Of a DNA stretch of 45,829 nt, positions 19,084 through 29,586 are shown piece by piece. Within the stretch, counting starts at the first letter, position 1; the number at the start of each line of letters is the position of its first letter. The position numbers and the translations under genes are program-made. The DNA is taken from contig JANZKB010000002.1 of assembly GCA_025061095.1 (NCBI GenBank), positions 1 through 45,829 on the forward strand, read 5' to 3'. This DNA comes from Candidatus Culexmicrobium thermophilum. GTDB lineage: Archaea > Thermoproteota > Methanomethylicia > Culexarchaeales > B10-G16. Under the pieces are notes generated by a model, which did not search any database, was not told the origin of the DNA, and saw nothing but the letters and a program-made list of their open reading frames with translations.

Positions 19084-19718
19084 AGTTAATATGTAAAGGT
19101 GCTGAAGCAAATTTATATTTAGACTTCTGGTTTGGATTTAAAGTTGTCAAGAAGATTCGAATATCCAAGCCTTATAGGATTCCGGAATTGGATGAATATT
19201 TAAGGTCATATAGAACTTTTAATGAAGCCCGTCTTCTCTCATCCGCTAGGAGAGTTGGAGTTTCCACTCCAATAGTATTGGACGTTAACCCTTCATCTTA
19301 CACTCTAACCATGGAGTATATTGAAGGTGTTCTACTAAGAGATTACATGTTGAAGGCTGATGAGAAGATTCTTAAAAAACATTTTATTAAGGTGGGGGAG
19401 ATGATAGGTGTTCTCCATTCAAATGGAATATATCATGGTGATTTAACAACTTCGAATATGTTTATAGTAGATGATAATGTTTATTTGATAGATTTCGGTT
19501 TAGGCGGCTTCTCAAGGGAGGTTGAAGCATTCGGTGTGGATCTCCATTTGATGAGACGCACCCTTGAAAGCACCCATCACAATTTGGCTGAGCAATGCTT
19601 CTCCTATGTAGTAGAAGGATATAGTAGCTCCTTTGAAGATTGGAGAAGAGTTCTGAAAAAAGTTGAGGAGATTAGGCGTAGAGGCCGATATGTTGAGGAG
19701 AGGCGGCTAAGAAAATGA
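19080..19718 (+). CDS. bud32: KEOPS kinase/ATPase Bud32
   Basis: GAEA, K.R..KPYR..ELD, HGDLTTSN, IDFGL, R.RGRY. Confidence 0.96.
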   Translation: MKLICKGAEANLYLDFWFGFKVVKKIRISKPYRIPELDEYLRSYRTFNEARLLSSARRVGVSTPIVLDVNPSSYTLTMEYIEGVLLRDYMLKADEKILKKHFIKVGEMIGVLHSNGIYHGDLTTSNMFIVDDNVYLIDFGLGGFSREVEAFGVDLHLMRRTLESTHHNLAEQCFSYVVEGYSSSFEDWRRVLKKVEEIRRRGRYVEERRLRK

Positions 19719-20311
19719 GTGGAGAAAAATTATATTTCATCACCGGTAATAAACATAAATTTCTTGAAGCCTCCCATATTTTATCCATATATCATATAGA
19801 ATTGGAGATGCTTAATATAGGTAAATTGGAGATTCAGTCTGACAATTTAGCTGAAATAGCTTTATTCGCCGCTAAAGATGCGTTTAAAAGAATTAGAAAA
19901 CCTCTTCTAGTGGAGGATGCAGGGCTCTTCATTAAATGTCTAAAAGGCTTTCCAGGTCCCTTCTCCTCATATGTTTACAAAACTATTGGTGTTAATGGAA
20001 TTTTAAGGTTGATGGAAGGTTTAGAGAATAGAGAAGCCTACTTTGAGTCTGCAGTTGTCTTCTGCTCCTCCCCCCAATTCTGCAAAGTATTTAGGAGGAG
20101 GATTCACGGCTACATAAGCTTGAAGGCTAAGGGAAGCGGCGGTTTCGGTTTCGATCCAATATTTATCCCTAAAGGTGGAGATGGATCTACATTTGCGGAG
20201 CTATCTCTCCAATCGAAATGTTCTTTAAGCCATAGGGGAATAGCTTTCAAAGCATTTGGAGAATGGTATAATCGCTATTTTCGAAATAAATTTAAATATT
20301 TTAGGGAGTAA
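19715..20311 (+). CDS. rdgB: Non-canonical purine NTP pyrophosphatase (XTP/dITP diphosphatase, RdgB/HAM1)
   Basis: TGN..K..E, EIQ, VED.GL....L.GFPG, GFGFDPIF.P, SHR. Confidence 0.95.
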   Translation: MSGEKLYFITGNKHKFLEASHILSIYHIELEMLNIGKLEIQSDNLAEIALFAAKDAFKRIRKPLLVEDAGLFIKCLKGFPGPFSSYVYKTIGVNGILRLMEGLENREAYFESAVVFCSSPQFCKVFRRRIHGYISLKAKGSGGFGFDPIFIPKGGDGSTFAELSLQSKCSLSHRGIAFKAFGEWYNRYFRNKFKYFRE

Positions 20312-20336
20312 TTCGTTAGGGATGTGAGGGATCAGT

Positions 20337-20780
20337 TTGAGGAAGAGTAAGGAGAAAGGTAAATCTCATTCAATTCGTCCGGCAAGGACGACACCGCCAA
20401 ACTGGCTGAAATATACGCCGGATGAAATTGAAAATTTAGTTATCGAATTGGCTAAGAGGGGAAATCCACCTTCAATGATAGGTTTAATTCTTAGAGATCA
20501 ATATGGCATTCCGCTTGTTAAGCAAGTTGTAGGAAAGAAGATAACTGAGATCCTTGAAGAGCATAATTTGGCATCACAGTTACCTGAAGATCTATATAAT
20601 CTGTTAAGACGTGCCGAGAGAATTAGGCGGCATTTAGAGGAGCATCCTAAAGATAAATCGAGTAGACGTGGCCTACAATTAATCGAGTCGAAAATTTGGA
20701 GATTAACTAAATATTATAGACGTATAGGTAAAATTCCACAAAATTGGTCTTATCGTTCCTATCGTTTAAGGATTTCTTAA
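20337..20780 (+). CDS. rps15: 30S ribosomal protein S15 (uS15/S13e)
   Basis: [27 protein letters not shown]....RGL..IESKI.RL..YY. Confidence 0.97.
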   Translation: MRKSKEKGKSHSIRPARTTPPNWLKYTPDEIENLVIELAKRGNPPSMIGLILRDQYGIPLVKQVVGKKITEILEEHNLASQLPEDLYNLLRRAERIRRHLEEHPKDKSSRRGLQLIESKIWRLTKYYRRIGKIPQNWSYRSYRLRIS

Positions 20781-20793
20781 TGGTTGATGAAGT

Positions 20794-22242
20794 TTGGATT
20801 CAAATAACAGTTATCCATTAAATTTTAGAGAGAGAGTTAAGGAGGCTGCTGAACTAATCTCAAAATGGGCTGAGGAAGATCTCAACGTCTCTATTTTTAC
20901 TCATCTCGACGCTGACGGTTTATCTTCAGGTGGAATTATTGCTCGAGTATTGGAAAGACTGAACGTATCCTTTAGGATTAGAGTTCTCAAACAGCTGACA
21001 GATAATGCCTTGAAGAGCTTCTCCTCCAATATTGGGGATGCTGTTATCTTCGTGGATTTCGGTAGCGGCCAAAAAAATTTAATAGTTGATCATTTATCAA
21101 GCATTAAATGCTTAATTTTGGATCATCATCAACCTATAAGTGTCGACGCCAACTTCTGTATTGAAGTTAATCCTCATCTCTTCGGTGTCGATGGTTCTAG
21201 GTTTTTAAGTTCCTCCGGAGTAGCCTATCTAGTTGCTAGAGAAATTTCTCATGAAAATTTCGATCTTTCACCTATAGCCGTCGTAGGAGCTCTAGGTGAT
21301 AGGCAGGATTGTGGAGAGAGAAAGAATTTAGTTGGTTTGAACAGTTTTATAGTCGAAGAGGCTGTAAGGGAGGGTTTCCTAGAGGTAAAGTTTGGTTTGA
21401 GGCTTTTCGGCTTCGAATCGAGACCTGTTGTTAAAAGTTTGGAGTATACTGTCGACCCTCTAATTCCAGGTTTAAGTGGAGATTACAATGCATGTTTAAA
21501 TTTTATGAAGGGGCTAGGTATTCCACCTATAAATGAGGACGGTATTCTCAGACGTCTCTCAGATCTTTCCAGCGTTGAACTGAAGCGTCTGATGATTGGA
21601 CTTGTCAAATACATGTTGAGCAAGGGAATTGAGAGCAGGGAGGCTGAGGGAATAATGGGCACAATATATATTCTTTCAAGGGAATCCTCAGATTCCCCTT
21701 TGAAGGATGCAAGAGAATATGCTTCTCTACTTAATGCTTGTGGTCGGCTAGGCTTTCCAAGTATAGGAATCCTTCTCTCCATGGGTAGGCGTGGAGAAGT
21801 CTTGAGGAGAGCTGTTGAGATCTCCGATAGATATAGGCATGAAATTGTGAGAATTATAAATTGGCTTTCGAGAAATGTGGATAAAGTTAGATCCACTGAG
21901 AATCTTCAAGTTGTTCATGCAGGCAGTATGGTCGATGATAGAATGATAGGTACTCTAATCTCTCTGGCTCTCTCTTCCCATATACTTTCTCCGAGGAAGC
22001 CTATCGTAGCCTTCGCATATTCCTCTGAAGGTAAAGTTAAAGTTTCAGCTAGAGCGGATAGATCTCTGATCGAGAAGGGGTTAAATCTGGGTTTAGCCGT
22101 TATGAAGGCAGCTCAGGCTGTAGGGGGATTAGGCGGCGGCCACGATGTTGCTGCAGGCGCTGAGATAGATAAGGGTTTAGAAGAAGATTTCATAAAAATT
22201 TTAGATGAAATTGTGGGTAAACAGTTTTCAGGTGAAGTTTAA
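20794..22242 (+). CDS. DHH/DHHA1 phosphoesterase (RecJ/Cdc45-like, GAN family)
   Basis: H.DADG, DFGSG, LDHH, GA.GD, LNACGR, GGGH..AAG; conserved S15-DHH-Pcc1-S3ae context. Confidence 0.92.
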   Translation: MDSNNSYPLNFRERVKEAAELISKWAEEDLNVSIFTHLDADGLSSGGIIARVLERLNVSFRIRVLKQLTDNALKSFSSNIGDAVIFVDFGSGQKNLIVDHLSSIKCLILDHHQPISVDANFCIEVNPHLFGVDGSRFLSSSGVAYLVAREISHENFDLSPIAVVGALGDRQDCGERKNLVGLNSFIVEEAVREGFLEVKFGLRLFGFESRPVVKSLEYTVDPLIPGLSGDYNACLNFMKGLGIPPINEDGILRRLSDLSSVELKRLMIGLVKYMLSKGIESREAEGIMGTIYILSRESSDSPLKDAREYASLLNACGRLGFPSIGILLSMGRRGEVLRRAVEISDRYRHEIVRIINWLSRNVDKVRSTENLQVVHAGSMVDDRMIGTLISLALSSHILSPRKPIVAFAYSSEGKVKVSARADRSLIEKGLNLGLAVMKAAQAVGGLGGGHDVAAGAEIDKGLEEDFIKILDEIVGKQFSGEV

Positions 22243-22484
22243 TGGTGCATATAGCAGAGTTAACTATATGTCTAGATGAAAAGTTGACGAATGTTATCTA
22301 TAAATCTCTACTTCCAGACAATGTGGATCTCCCGGAATCTCTTAGTATTCACATGGCCATTTACGGTTCATGTCTTAACATCAAGGTTGAGTGTGGTAGA
22401 AGTTTAGCCTCGCTTCTCAACACGTTGGATGATATTCTTTCAAGTATTCAAATAGCTGTAAAATCCATAGGTTCATCGCGATAA
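22242..22484 (+). CDS. pcc1: KEOPS subunit Pcc1
   Basis: IY.SL.PD and SL.NTLDD.L pattern, 80 aa, conserved position. Confidence 0.82.
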   Translation: MVHIAELTICLDEKLTNVIYKSLLPDNVDLPESLSIHMAIYGSCLNIKVECGRSLASLLNTLDDILSSIQIAVKSIGSSR

Positions 22485-22537
22485 AGATTATAAGTGTGAT
22501 TTACATATTGACGTAACGCTGAGATTGGAGGGTTTCC

Positions 22538-23125
22538 ATGTCTAGGAGAGGAAGAGCTAGAGATAAGTGGAGATTGAAGAAGTGGTATGTGGTTAAAGCT
22601 TCCACAGCTTTCGGCGAGGTTGAACTTGGAAGGATACCTGCAGATGATCCTTCAAAACTTTATGGAAGGGTTGTTGAATCCTCTCTAAGCGATCTCACAG
22701 GGGATTTTTCACTTCTCCATGTTAAATTATATTTTCAAATAGTTAAAGTTGAGGATTCTCGTTGTGAAACGGTCTTTAAAGGTCATGATTTGACGAGGGA
22801 TTATCTTAGAAGTTTAATTAGACGTGGAAGTTCCCGTATAGACGGTATATTTAAAGTTACAACTAAGGATGGCTATGTTCTAAGAGTTTCAGCAATAGCT
22901 CTCACTAGGCATAGAACTAAAACTTCTCAGGAAAGGGCTATCAGAAAGATCATGGGTGAAATTATCACTTCGAAGGCTGAAGAGTTGAATTTTGACGAGT
23001 TTATTCAGCAGGCCGTTTTAGGTAAAATAGCATCTGAAATATATAATGAAGCTAAAAAGATATATCCTTTAAGAAAAGTTGAAGTTAGAAAGAGCAAACT
23101 TCTCTCCATGCCTCAAAATAATTAA
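22538..23125 (+). CDS. rps3ae: 30S ribosomal protein S3Ae (eS1)
   Basis: DKW..K.WY.V, GR.VE..L.DLTGD, GH...RDY.RSL.RR..S.ID, KIYPLR..E.RK. Confidence 0.97.
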   Translation: MSRRGRARDKWRLKKWYVVKASTAFGEVELGRIPADDPSKLYGRVVESSLSDLTGDFSLLHVKLYFQIVKVEDSRCETVFKGHDLTRDYLRSLIRRGSSRIDGIFKVTTKDGYVLRVSAIALTRHRTKTSQERAIRKIMGEIITSKAEELNFDEFIQQAVLGKIASEIYNEAKKIYPLRKVEVRKSKLLSMPQNN

Positions 23126-23230
23126 ATTCCATTTAACTCTTCTATTCAACATTGCATTATTATATCGTCCAATTCACATTATATTATGATTGTCGGTTAA
23201 AATGTTCGACTTTCATGTAATGGTGATTTA

Positions 23231-24814
23231 ATGCTTATCAACGAGTTAAATACTGTGAAAAAGAACTTGAGAGATGTTGCACTATCATTTGCCCTCTGCT
23301 ATCCAAGCTTCTATAGGATTGGCATTTCCTCTCTGGCCGTCCACTTACTTTATGAACTGTTAAATTCCAGAGGGGACGTAGCTTGTGAACGTTTCTTCTA
23401 TGATAATGGGTTACCATTAAAATCCATGGAGTCCGCTCTACCTTTAAATAGATTTGATGTTTTAGGTTTCTCTCTTCAATATGAACTCGATTATATATCG
23501 TTCTTAAAGATGCTTCTAGAAGGTGAGATTCCAGTATACTCCTCAAGTAGAGGTGATGATGATCCTTTAGTAATTGTAGGCGGTTCAGCTGTAACAGCAA
23601 ATCCTGAGCCGATTTCAGCTTTTGCTGATGCAATTGTGATCGGAGAGGTTGAACCTATACTGGACGATCTCGTCGAGATCTTAGCTGGCAACTCCAATTC
23701 TCGTAAAATGGATATTTTAGAAGAGCTTTCTACGCTTCCAGGTTTATATGTGCCTCTCGTTAAGCGATCTGTGAGAAGAATTTTCGCCGAAGATTTAGAC
23801 TCCGCTTTCCATTCTCTTAGACAGGTAATACCTAATGTTAATTCTGGAAGTAGATTTTACCCCATTTTGGGAAGATCATTTCTACTCGAAATCTCGAGGG
23901 GATGCGCTTTTGGATGCAGATTCTGCCTTCTCGGTTATAATGCTTTACCTATGAGGTTCAGATCCTTTGAGAAGCTTAAAACTATAATTGATAGAGGCTT
24001 AAAATATACGCCTGTCGGAAAGATTTCAATTATAGGCTCAGCGGCTTCAGCTCATCCCGAACTCATAGATATCTGTAAATATATAGTTTCATCCGGATTT
24101 AAATTGTCCATTTCATCTTTAAGAGTGGACTATGCAGATGAGGATATGTTAAAAATGCTTGTAAATGGAGGTCAGAGAACTGTAACTTTCGCACCTGAAT
24201 CTGCTTCCTCAAAGCTTCTTGGGATTATAGGTAAAGGCTTCCAAGTTGAGGATGTTTTGGAGGCTGCCAAAGCTGCTGGAAAAGCTGGTTTTAAACAGAT
24301 AAAACTGTATTTCATGTTAGGTTTGCCTGGAGAATCTTTAAGCGATATTGCAGAAATAGTGAAACTTGTAAAGAGAATCACCAACTATGGTTTCAACGGT
24401 TTGAGAAGTATAAGGCTAACCTTTTCGCCGTTTGTTCCAAAGGCTGGTACTCCTTTCCAATGGTTCGGCGTTGAGGAACCATCAATCCTTAAATCCAAGT
24501 TCAACCTTCTTAAGATGCATTTAAAAGGTGATTCAAGATTTGATTTAAGATTTCCACGGTTAAGGGAAATTTACATTCAATCATTTCTTTCAAGATCGGA
24601 TTCCACGGTTGCACCTATTCTTCTCAGAGTAGCTGAGCTTGGCGGCGGTTTAGGTGCTTGGCGTCGGGTTGAAAAGGAATTCAATTTTTCAATTGTCAAT
24701 CGAGCAGTCTCCAATCTTAACTTAAATGCAGATCTTCCATGGGATCATATAGATCGCGATTTCCCAAAAAGTCTTCTTTTAAAGGAATTGAAAGATTCAG
24801 GTTTAAATTTATGA
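23231..24814 (+). CDS. Radical SAM protein (COG1032/TIGR03960-like), function unknown
   Basis: CAFGCRFC (CxxxCxxC), YP..Y..G.SSL, FS.QYELDY, GG.A..ANPEP, APES, LYFM.GLPGE, FVPK..TPFQW. Confidence 0.88.
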   Translation: MLINELNTVKKNLRDVALSFALCYPSFYRIGISSLAVHLLYELLNSRGDVACERFFYDNGLPLKSMESALPLNRFDVLGFSLQYELDYISFLKMLLEGEIPVYSSSRGDDDPLVIVGGSAVTANPEPISAFADAIVIGEVEPILDDLVEILAGNSNSRKMDILEELSTLPGLYVPLVKRSVRRIFAEDLDSAFHSLRQVIPNVNSGSRFYPILGRSFLLEISRGCAFGCRFCLLGYNALPMRFRSFEKLKTIIDRGLKYTPVGKISIIGSAASAHPELIDICKYIVSSGFKLSISSLRVDYADEDMLKMLVNGGQRTVTFAPESASSKLLGIIGKGFQVEDVLEAAKAAGKAGFKQIKLYFMLGLPGESLSDIAEIVKLVKRITNYGFNGLRSIRLTFSPFVPKAGTPFQWFGVEEPSILKSKFNLLKMHLKGDSRFDLRFPRLREIYIQSFLSRSDSTVAPILLRVAELGGGLGAWRRVEKEFNFSIVNRAVSNLNLNADLPWDHIDRDFPKSLLLKELKDSGLNL

Positions 24815-24830
24815 GAGTATATTTTTAAGT

Positions 24831-25217
24831 GTGAGCGTAAATCTTTTAGTAGGTGTCCCTGTGGTCTTCCATCATGATATTCTTAAACGATACTTCACCT
24901 CTCTCGCCGAAGAATTGGAGAAGAGTTCTCATTTAACCGTTAAGCTTCCAGTTTCTCTAAATAAGTCGAATAAATGTTTGAAGCCAAAGTTTCAGGGCTA
25001 TATCCCCACAGTTATCGATTTCATTAGACGCTGTGATACTGATGAAGAAGCTCTAGAGATAATTAACTTTCTAGAGAAACGGGGCAAAATATCGGGCAAC
25101 TATGCTGATGCTCTGAAATCGCTTCTCAGAAAGGGTGGCGTGAGAATCTTCGGCTCAAAAAAGAGTCCAGGATGGTACTTTAAGGAGGATCCATATTTCT
25201 CTAAAACTGATAAATAG
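24831..25217 (+). CDS. DUF2095 family protein
   Basis: GY.PTVIDF.RRC.T.EEALEII..LE.RG.I, GVR.FG.KK.PG.Y. Exact start uncertain. Confidence 0.85.
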   Translation: MSVNLLVGVPVVFHHDILKRYFTSLAEELEKSSHLTVKLPVSLNKSNKCLKPKFQGYIPTVIDFIRRCDTDEEALEIINFLEKRGKISGNYADALKSLLRKGGVRIFGSKKSPGWYFKEDPYFSKTDK

Positions 25218-25364
25218 TTGTCATCAAAGGAATAGTTGAAATGAATGAAAATCCAGAATTTCTTGAATCTGCTTACCGCGTACCTGAAATTTTTCAGATC
25301 GTTATATTTGAATAATAATGTCAATGTTGAGCATAGCATTTATTTCATCTTAACATGAGTAAAA

Positions 25365-26582
25365 CTATCTAGATTTTGCTGAGATTATCTTTATAACGTC
25401 ATTCATCTTCAACCTATAATTTTCTCCATATCTCATCTTTGTTCTCGCATCTACTGCACATATAAATGTTTCACCAAGTTCTTGATGAATCATGTAGGCT
25501 AATTCTCTTGCGGTGGTTCCCTCTCTTATCAATAGCGCGTCTGGAAGTACATTTCCATGATGATCAGATAATCTATTTATGTCTTCCACTGGAAAAACCA
25601 CTATCATCTTTAAAAGTTTCAGAAATGCTTCATTTATTATTTGTTGCACACCTGTATTTCCCCAAATATCGAGCACTTTTTCCTGAATTATCTTCAATGC
25701 TCTTCTCTGCTGCTCGGTTAACTTGCCTTCATTTATCACTTTGAATTCACCGTCTCCTGGAATATACTCTACTAATCCTCTTTCCGCTGCTCTTCTCAGC
25801 ACTAGTTCAGCCTCCGCGCTGCATGGCATTATCCTATATTTCTCCCCATATTTTTCCTTCATTTTTTCTATGTTTTCTCTTGCTGTTGAGATGTCCACTT
25901 TGTTTGCAGCTATGATCATAGGTTTCGATATTTCTCTAATCTTCCTTGAAAATGCTTCTATATCTTCTTCTCTCCAATTGGAGAGTTTCTTTCCCTTCAA
26001 ACCAGTTTCATTCAACGCTTTCACTACATCTTCTCTTCTAATTTTTAATCCGCTTAACCGTTCATATAACGTGTTGATTTCATCGCCCCCCATATGTTCA
26101 GCTTGTCTAACTGTTCTTCTCCAATCTCTTAACATTATCTGCTTTATCCACATGGCGATCTCCTTTTCCAGGAATTCTATGTCTTTGCAGGGATCATGTG
26201 TTCCCGGAGGTGTTCTTCTTCCCTCAATATCTGTGGATCCTGAAGCATCAACTACATGTATCAGGATATCCGCCCTTCTCAATTCATCTAGAAATTTATT
26301 TCCAAGTCCTCTCCCCCTCCATGCTTCAGGCACCAGTCCAGCTACGTCGACGATCTCAACAGGAATCATCCGATTCCCCCTTATACATATGGAGTTTTTC
26401 GGATTGTCTTCAACGTTAAATTCTCTGCATACACATTTGACTCTCACATAGGCGACGCCTTTATTCGCTTCAATGGTTGTGAATGGGAATGGAGCTATTT
26501 TTACCGGGTTTAAAGTTGCAGCGCTGAAGAATGTGGATTTTCCTGTGTTCGGCTTCCCTACAAGTCCAGCCATTCTCGGCAT
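25365..26582 (-). CDS. ychF: Redox-regulated ATPase YchF (Obg family, TGS domain)
   Basis: GKPN.GKST.F, PFTTI..N.G, DVAGLVP.A..GRGLGN.FL, NK.D, C-terminal TGS domain. Start moved to ATG 26582 (GAGGGT RBS) to avoid overlap with the divergent gene. Confidence 0.95.
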   Translation of the reverse strand: MPRMAGLVGKPNTGKSTFFSAATLNPVKIAPFPFTTIEANKGVAYVRVKCVCREFNVEDNPKNSICIRGNRMIPVEIVDVAGLVPEAWRGRGLGNKFLDELRRADILIHVVDASGSTDIEGRRTPPGTHDPCKDIEFLEKEIAMWIKQIMLRDWRRTVRQAEHMGGDEINTLYERLSGLKIRREDVVKALNETGLKGKKLSNWREEDIEAFSRKIREISKPMIIAANKVDISTARENIEKMKEKYGEKYRIMPCSAEAELVLRRAAERGLVEYIPGDGEFKVINEGKLTEQQRRALKIIQEKVLDIWGNTGVQQIINEAFLKLLKMIVVFPVEDINRLSDHHGNVLPDALLIREGTTARELAYMIHQELGETFICAVDARTKMRYGENYRLKMNDVIKIISAKSR

Positions 26583-26641
26583 CAGCTCTACCCTCATATT
26601 TTTAAGTATTTCTTCTTTTATTTTAATTTGGGTGTTCAATA

Positions 26642-27973
26642 ATGCGTATAGTGGTTGTAGGTTTAGGTGCTGCAGGTTTATGGTCTGCAATTTCTGCAAG
26701 GATGAAGGATTCCTCCGCCGACATATATGCTTTCTGCGACGAAAAATATTTTACATATTCTAGATGTGGTTTACCCTTTGTTATTGGCGGTGAAATCTTA
26801 AGATTTAACAATTTAATTATAACGTCGGAAGATATTCTCAAGAGGATGAGGATAAATTTCAAATTGAACTGTAGAGTAACCGACGTCGTCAAGGATACTG
26901 TTTATTATGATTCTGAGAATGGCAGCGGCCAGTTAAAGTTTGATTCTTTAATTTTAGCGACAGGCTCTAAACCATTCATCCCTCCCATTAAAGGCGTAAA
27001 TCTCACAAATGTTTTCACTTTAAGAACCATTGATGATGGTGCAAAAATATTGAATGCTTTAAACAGCACTAAGAGAAGCATCATTATAGGTGCTGGAGCC
27101 ATAGGGTTGGAAGTTGCTGAAGCCCTTACCAGAAGAGGATTAGAGGTTAAAATAGTCGAACTTCTACCTAGAGTTCTTCCAGCATTATTGGATGAAGATA
27201 TGGCTAAAATCGTTCAGAAAAGATTGGAGTCGAATGGAGTTTCTCTAATTTTAGGGCGAGGAGTCGACGAGATCTATGGATCTGGAAAAGTGGAAGGTGT
27301 GGCTGTCGGTGACGAAAACTTTCAATGCGACATGGTGATTGTGGCTACTGGTGTAAGACCGAATGTAGATCTAGCCAAAAACATTGGAGTGAATCTTGGA
27401 GTTACAGGCGGAATTAAAACCAGCAAACTAATGGAAACCAACATTGAAGGAGTCTTCGCCGCTGGAGATTGTGCTGAAACCGTCCACCTTGTAAATGGGA
27501 AACCTTTCCTTCCAATGCTTGGAACTTCGGCTTACAGGCAGGGTAAAGTTGCAGGTTTCAATGCAGCTGGAGGTTCCAGAATTTTTCCAGGTTCTTTAGG
27601 TTCCACAGTTCTAAAAGTTTTCGGAGTTGAGATAGGTTCTACAGGTTTAACTGTTGAGCGAGCTGTAAAGGAAGGTTTCAAAGTGGTGGTTGGAAAGGTT
27701 AGATGGTATACTAAAGCGGAATATTATCCTACACATGAGAAGATTAATGTTAAATTGGTTTTCGACGGGGAGAGTGGAAGAATTATAGGAGGACAGATCG
27801 TTGGTGGTGAAGATGTAGCTCAAAGAGTAAATCTTCTAGCAGCCTCCATTGGATGGGGAATGAAAGTTGAAGATCTCTGCAATATAGATACATGTTACAG
27901 TCCCCCTGTCGCCGACACCATTGAACCCATCGTCAGAGCCTCTGAACTTGCGTTCAGAAAATTTAAGAGGTGA
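26642..27973 (+). CDS. FAD-dependent NADH oxidase / CoA-disulfide reductase family flavoprotein
   Basis: G.GAAG, single redox Cys in YSRCGLPF, ATGS, GAGAIGLE, FAAGDC, C-terminal YSPP. Confidence 0.9.
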   Translation: MRIVVVGLGAAGLWSAISARMKDSSADIYAFCDEKYFTYSRCGLPFVIGGEILRFNNLIITSEDILKRMRINFKLNCRVTDVVKDTVYYDSENGSGQLKFDSLILATGSKPFIPPIKGVNLTNVFTLRTIDDGAKILNALNSTKRSIIIGAGAIGLEVAEALTRRGLEVKIVELLPRVLPALLDEDMAKIVQKRLESNGVSLILGRGVDEIYGSGKVEGVAVGDENFQCDMVIVATGVRPNVDLAKNIGVNLGVTGGIKTSKLMETNIEGVFAAGDCAETVHLVNGKPFLPMLGTSAYRQGKVAGFNAAGGSRIFPGSLGSTVLKVFGVEIGSTGLTVERAVKEGFKVVVGKVRWYTKAEYYPTHEKINVKLVFDGESGRIIGGQIVGGEDVAQRVNLLAASIGWGMKVEDLCNIDTCYSPPVADTIEPIVRASELAFRKFKR

Positions 27974-27999
27974 AAAATATATTTTAAGGTGATGTCTAC

Positions 28000-28932
28000 T
28001 TGAAAATCCTAATAACTGATCCCGTACATGAAGATGGAATAGAAAGGTTAAAGTCTGCAGGCTTTCAAGTGGACTTAGCATACGACATCACATATGATGA
28101 ACTTGTGAAGCGGGTTAAAGATTATCATGGCCTCGTCGTTAGAAGTAGAACTAAAGTTGACAGAGCTGTAATTGCCTCTGCTCCCAATCTGCTTTTCATC
28201 GGCAGGGCTGGTGTAGGCCTCGACAATATAGATTTAGAGGCTGCAAAGGAGAGAAATATAATTGTATTAAACAGTCCTGAAGCTCCAACAATATCTGTGG
28301 CTGAGTTGGTATTCGGCCTCCTTCTATCACTTGCAAGGAAGATAGCCTTCTGCGATAGATTGATGAAGGCAGGTGAATGGCCTAAAAAGAGAGCTTTAGG
28401 CTTCGAACTTAAAGGTAAAACTTTAGGCATCATAGGGCTAGGTAGAATTGGAAGGGAAGTGGCAAAGAGGGCTGAAGCATTTGAAATGAAAGTTCTCTAT
28501 TATGATGTTCAGCGTCTCCCAGAGGAGATGGAGAAGTCGCTGAAAGTTCAATTCGTCGAGTTAACCGAACTATTAAAATCTTCAGATATAGTTACCGTCC
28601 ACGTTCCTCTGATACCTCAAACATATCATATGATTGATGATGCAAAACTTTCGTTAATGAGAAAAGGATCCATTCTAATCAACACCTCTAGGGGTGGAGT
28701 CATAGATACTAAAGCGCTTCTGAAGCATCTGAAGAACGGTCATCTTGGAGGTGCCTGTCTAGATGTCTTTGAACATGAACCTCCCAAAGAGCCTTGGGAG
28801 CTGGAATTAATATCTTTAGACAATGTAGTTGTAACTTCACATATAGGTGCAATGACCGTTGAGGCTCAAAGAGCTGCCTCAACAATTTTAGCCGAGAAAA
28901 TAATATCAACTTTTAAAGGAAAAACTTTATAA
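28000..28932 (+). CDS. D-2-hydroxyacid dehydrogenase (short SerA-like, no ACT domain)
   Basis: RAGVGLDNID, SVAEL, G.GRIG, HVPL, INTSRG, LDVFE.EP, SHIGA.T.EAQ. Confidence 0.9.
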   Translation: MKILITDPVHEDGIERLKSAGFQVDLAYDITYDELVKRVKDYHGLVVRSRTKVDRAVIASAPNLLFIGRAGVGLDNIDLEAAKERNIIVLNSPEAPTISVAELVFGLLLSLARKIAFCDRLMKAGEWPKKRALGFELKGKTLGIIGLGRIGREVAKRAEAFEMKVLYYDVQRLPEEMEKSLKVQFVELTELLKSSDIVTVHVPLIPQTYHMIDDAKLSLMRKGSILINTSRGGVIDTKALLKHLKNGHLGGACLDVFEHEPPKEPWELELISLDNVVVTSHIGAMTVEAQRAASTILAEKIISTFKGKTL

Positions 28933-28980
28933 CCTATTTTTGGAACTGCTATGCAGTATATTCTAAACCTGTAGTGTCTG

Positions 28981-29577
28981 GTGGCATCCATGTACAAGTA
29001 CATTGCTTCGCTTTGGAAGAGGTCTGGAAGAAGCCCTCTCCAGGAAATTTTAAAGTCCAGATTGATTAGATGGCGTAAACAGCCAGTTGTTGTACGTGTA
29101 GATAAACCGTTAAGATTGAATAGGGCTAGAGCTTTAGGCTATAAGGCGAAACAGGGTTTCATTACAGTTAGAGTTCGCGTTAGAAAAGGTTCTATGAGTA
29201 AACCTAGACCTAGAAGTGGTAGAAGACCTAAACGTATGGGCGTCTATGGTCATACTCCTAGAAAAAGTCTCCAGTGGATTGCAGAGGAGAAAGCTGCTAG
29301 AAAATATCCGAACCTAGAGGTTCTAGGCAGCTATTGGGTGGGAGAGGATGGAAGATACAAATGGTTTGAGGTTATACTTGTCGATTCCCATCATCCAGCT
29401 GTCATCAACGATCCTGACATCAATTGGATATGTAATCCTTCTCAAAAGGGGAGAGTTTTTAGAGGATTAACCCCTGCCGGCCGAAAATCTAGGGGATTAA
29501 CTGTTAAAGGGAAGAGAGCTGTGAAGGTTCGGCCTAGTAGGGCTGCAGCTATGAAACGTAAATTTAAGGGAAAATAA
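28981..29577 (+). CDS. rpl15e: 50S ribosomal protein L15e
   Basis: [53 protein letters not shown]. Confidence 0.98.
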   Translation: MASMYKYIASLWKRSGRSPLQEILKSRLIRWRKQPVVVRVDKPLRLNRARALGYKAKQGFITVRVRVRKGSMSKPRPRSGRRPKRMGVYGHTPRKSLQWIAEEKAARKYPNLEVLGSYWVGEDGRYKWFEVILVDSHHPAVINDPDINWICNPSQKGRVFRGLTPAGRKSRGLTVKGKRAVKVRPSRAAAMKRKFKGK

Positions 29578-29586
29578 ATTGGGATT

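Noticed and set aside
18088..22484. kae1, bud32 and pcc1 clustered without cgi121
   Set aside because: Common archaeal layout; cgi121 is usually encoded elsewhere.
25218..25364. Short ORFs and a small hairpin between the convergent DUF2095 and ychF genes
   Set aside because: Under 40 codons, no recognisable motif or convincing RBS.
25723..26451. 242-aa + strand ORF, and similar antisense ORFs such as 13006-13458, 35252-35740 and 45061-45609
   Set aside because: S/F/L/I-rich shadow frames opposite real genes, produced by codon bias; no motifs.
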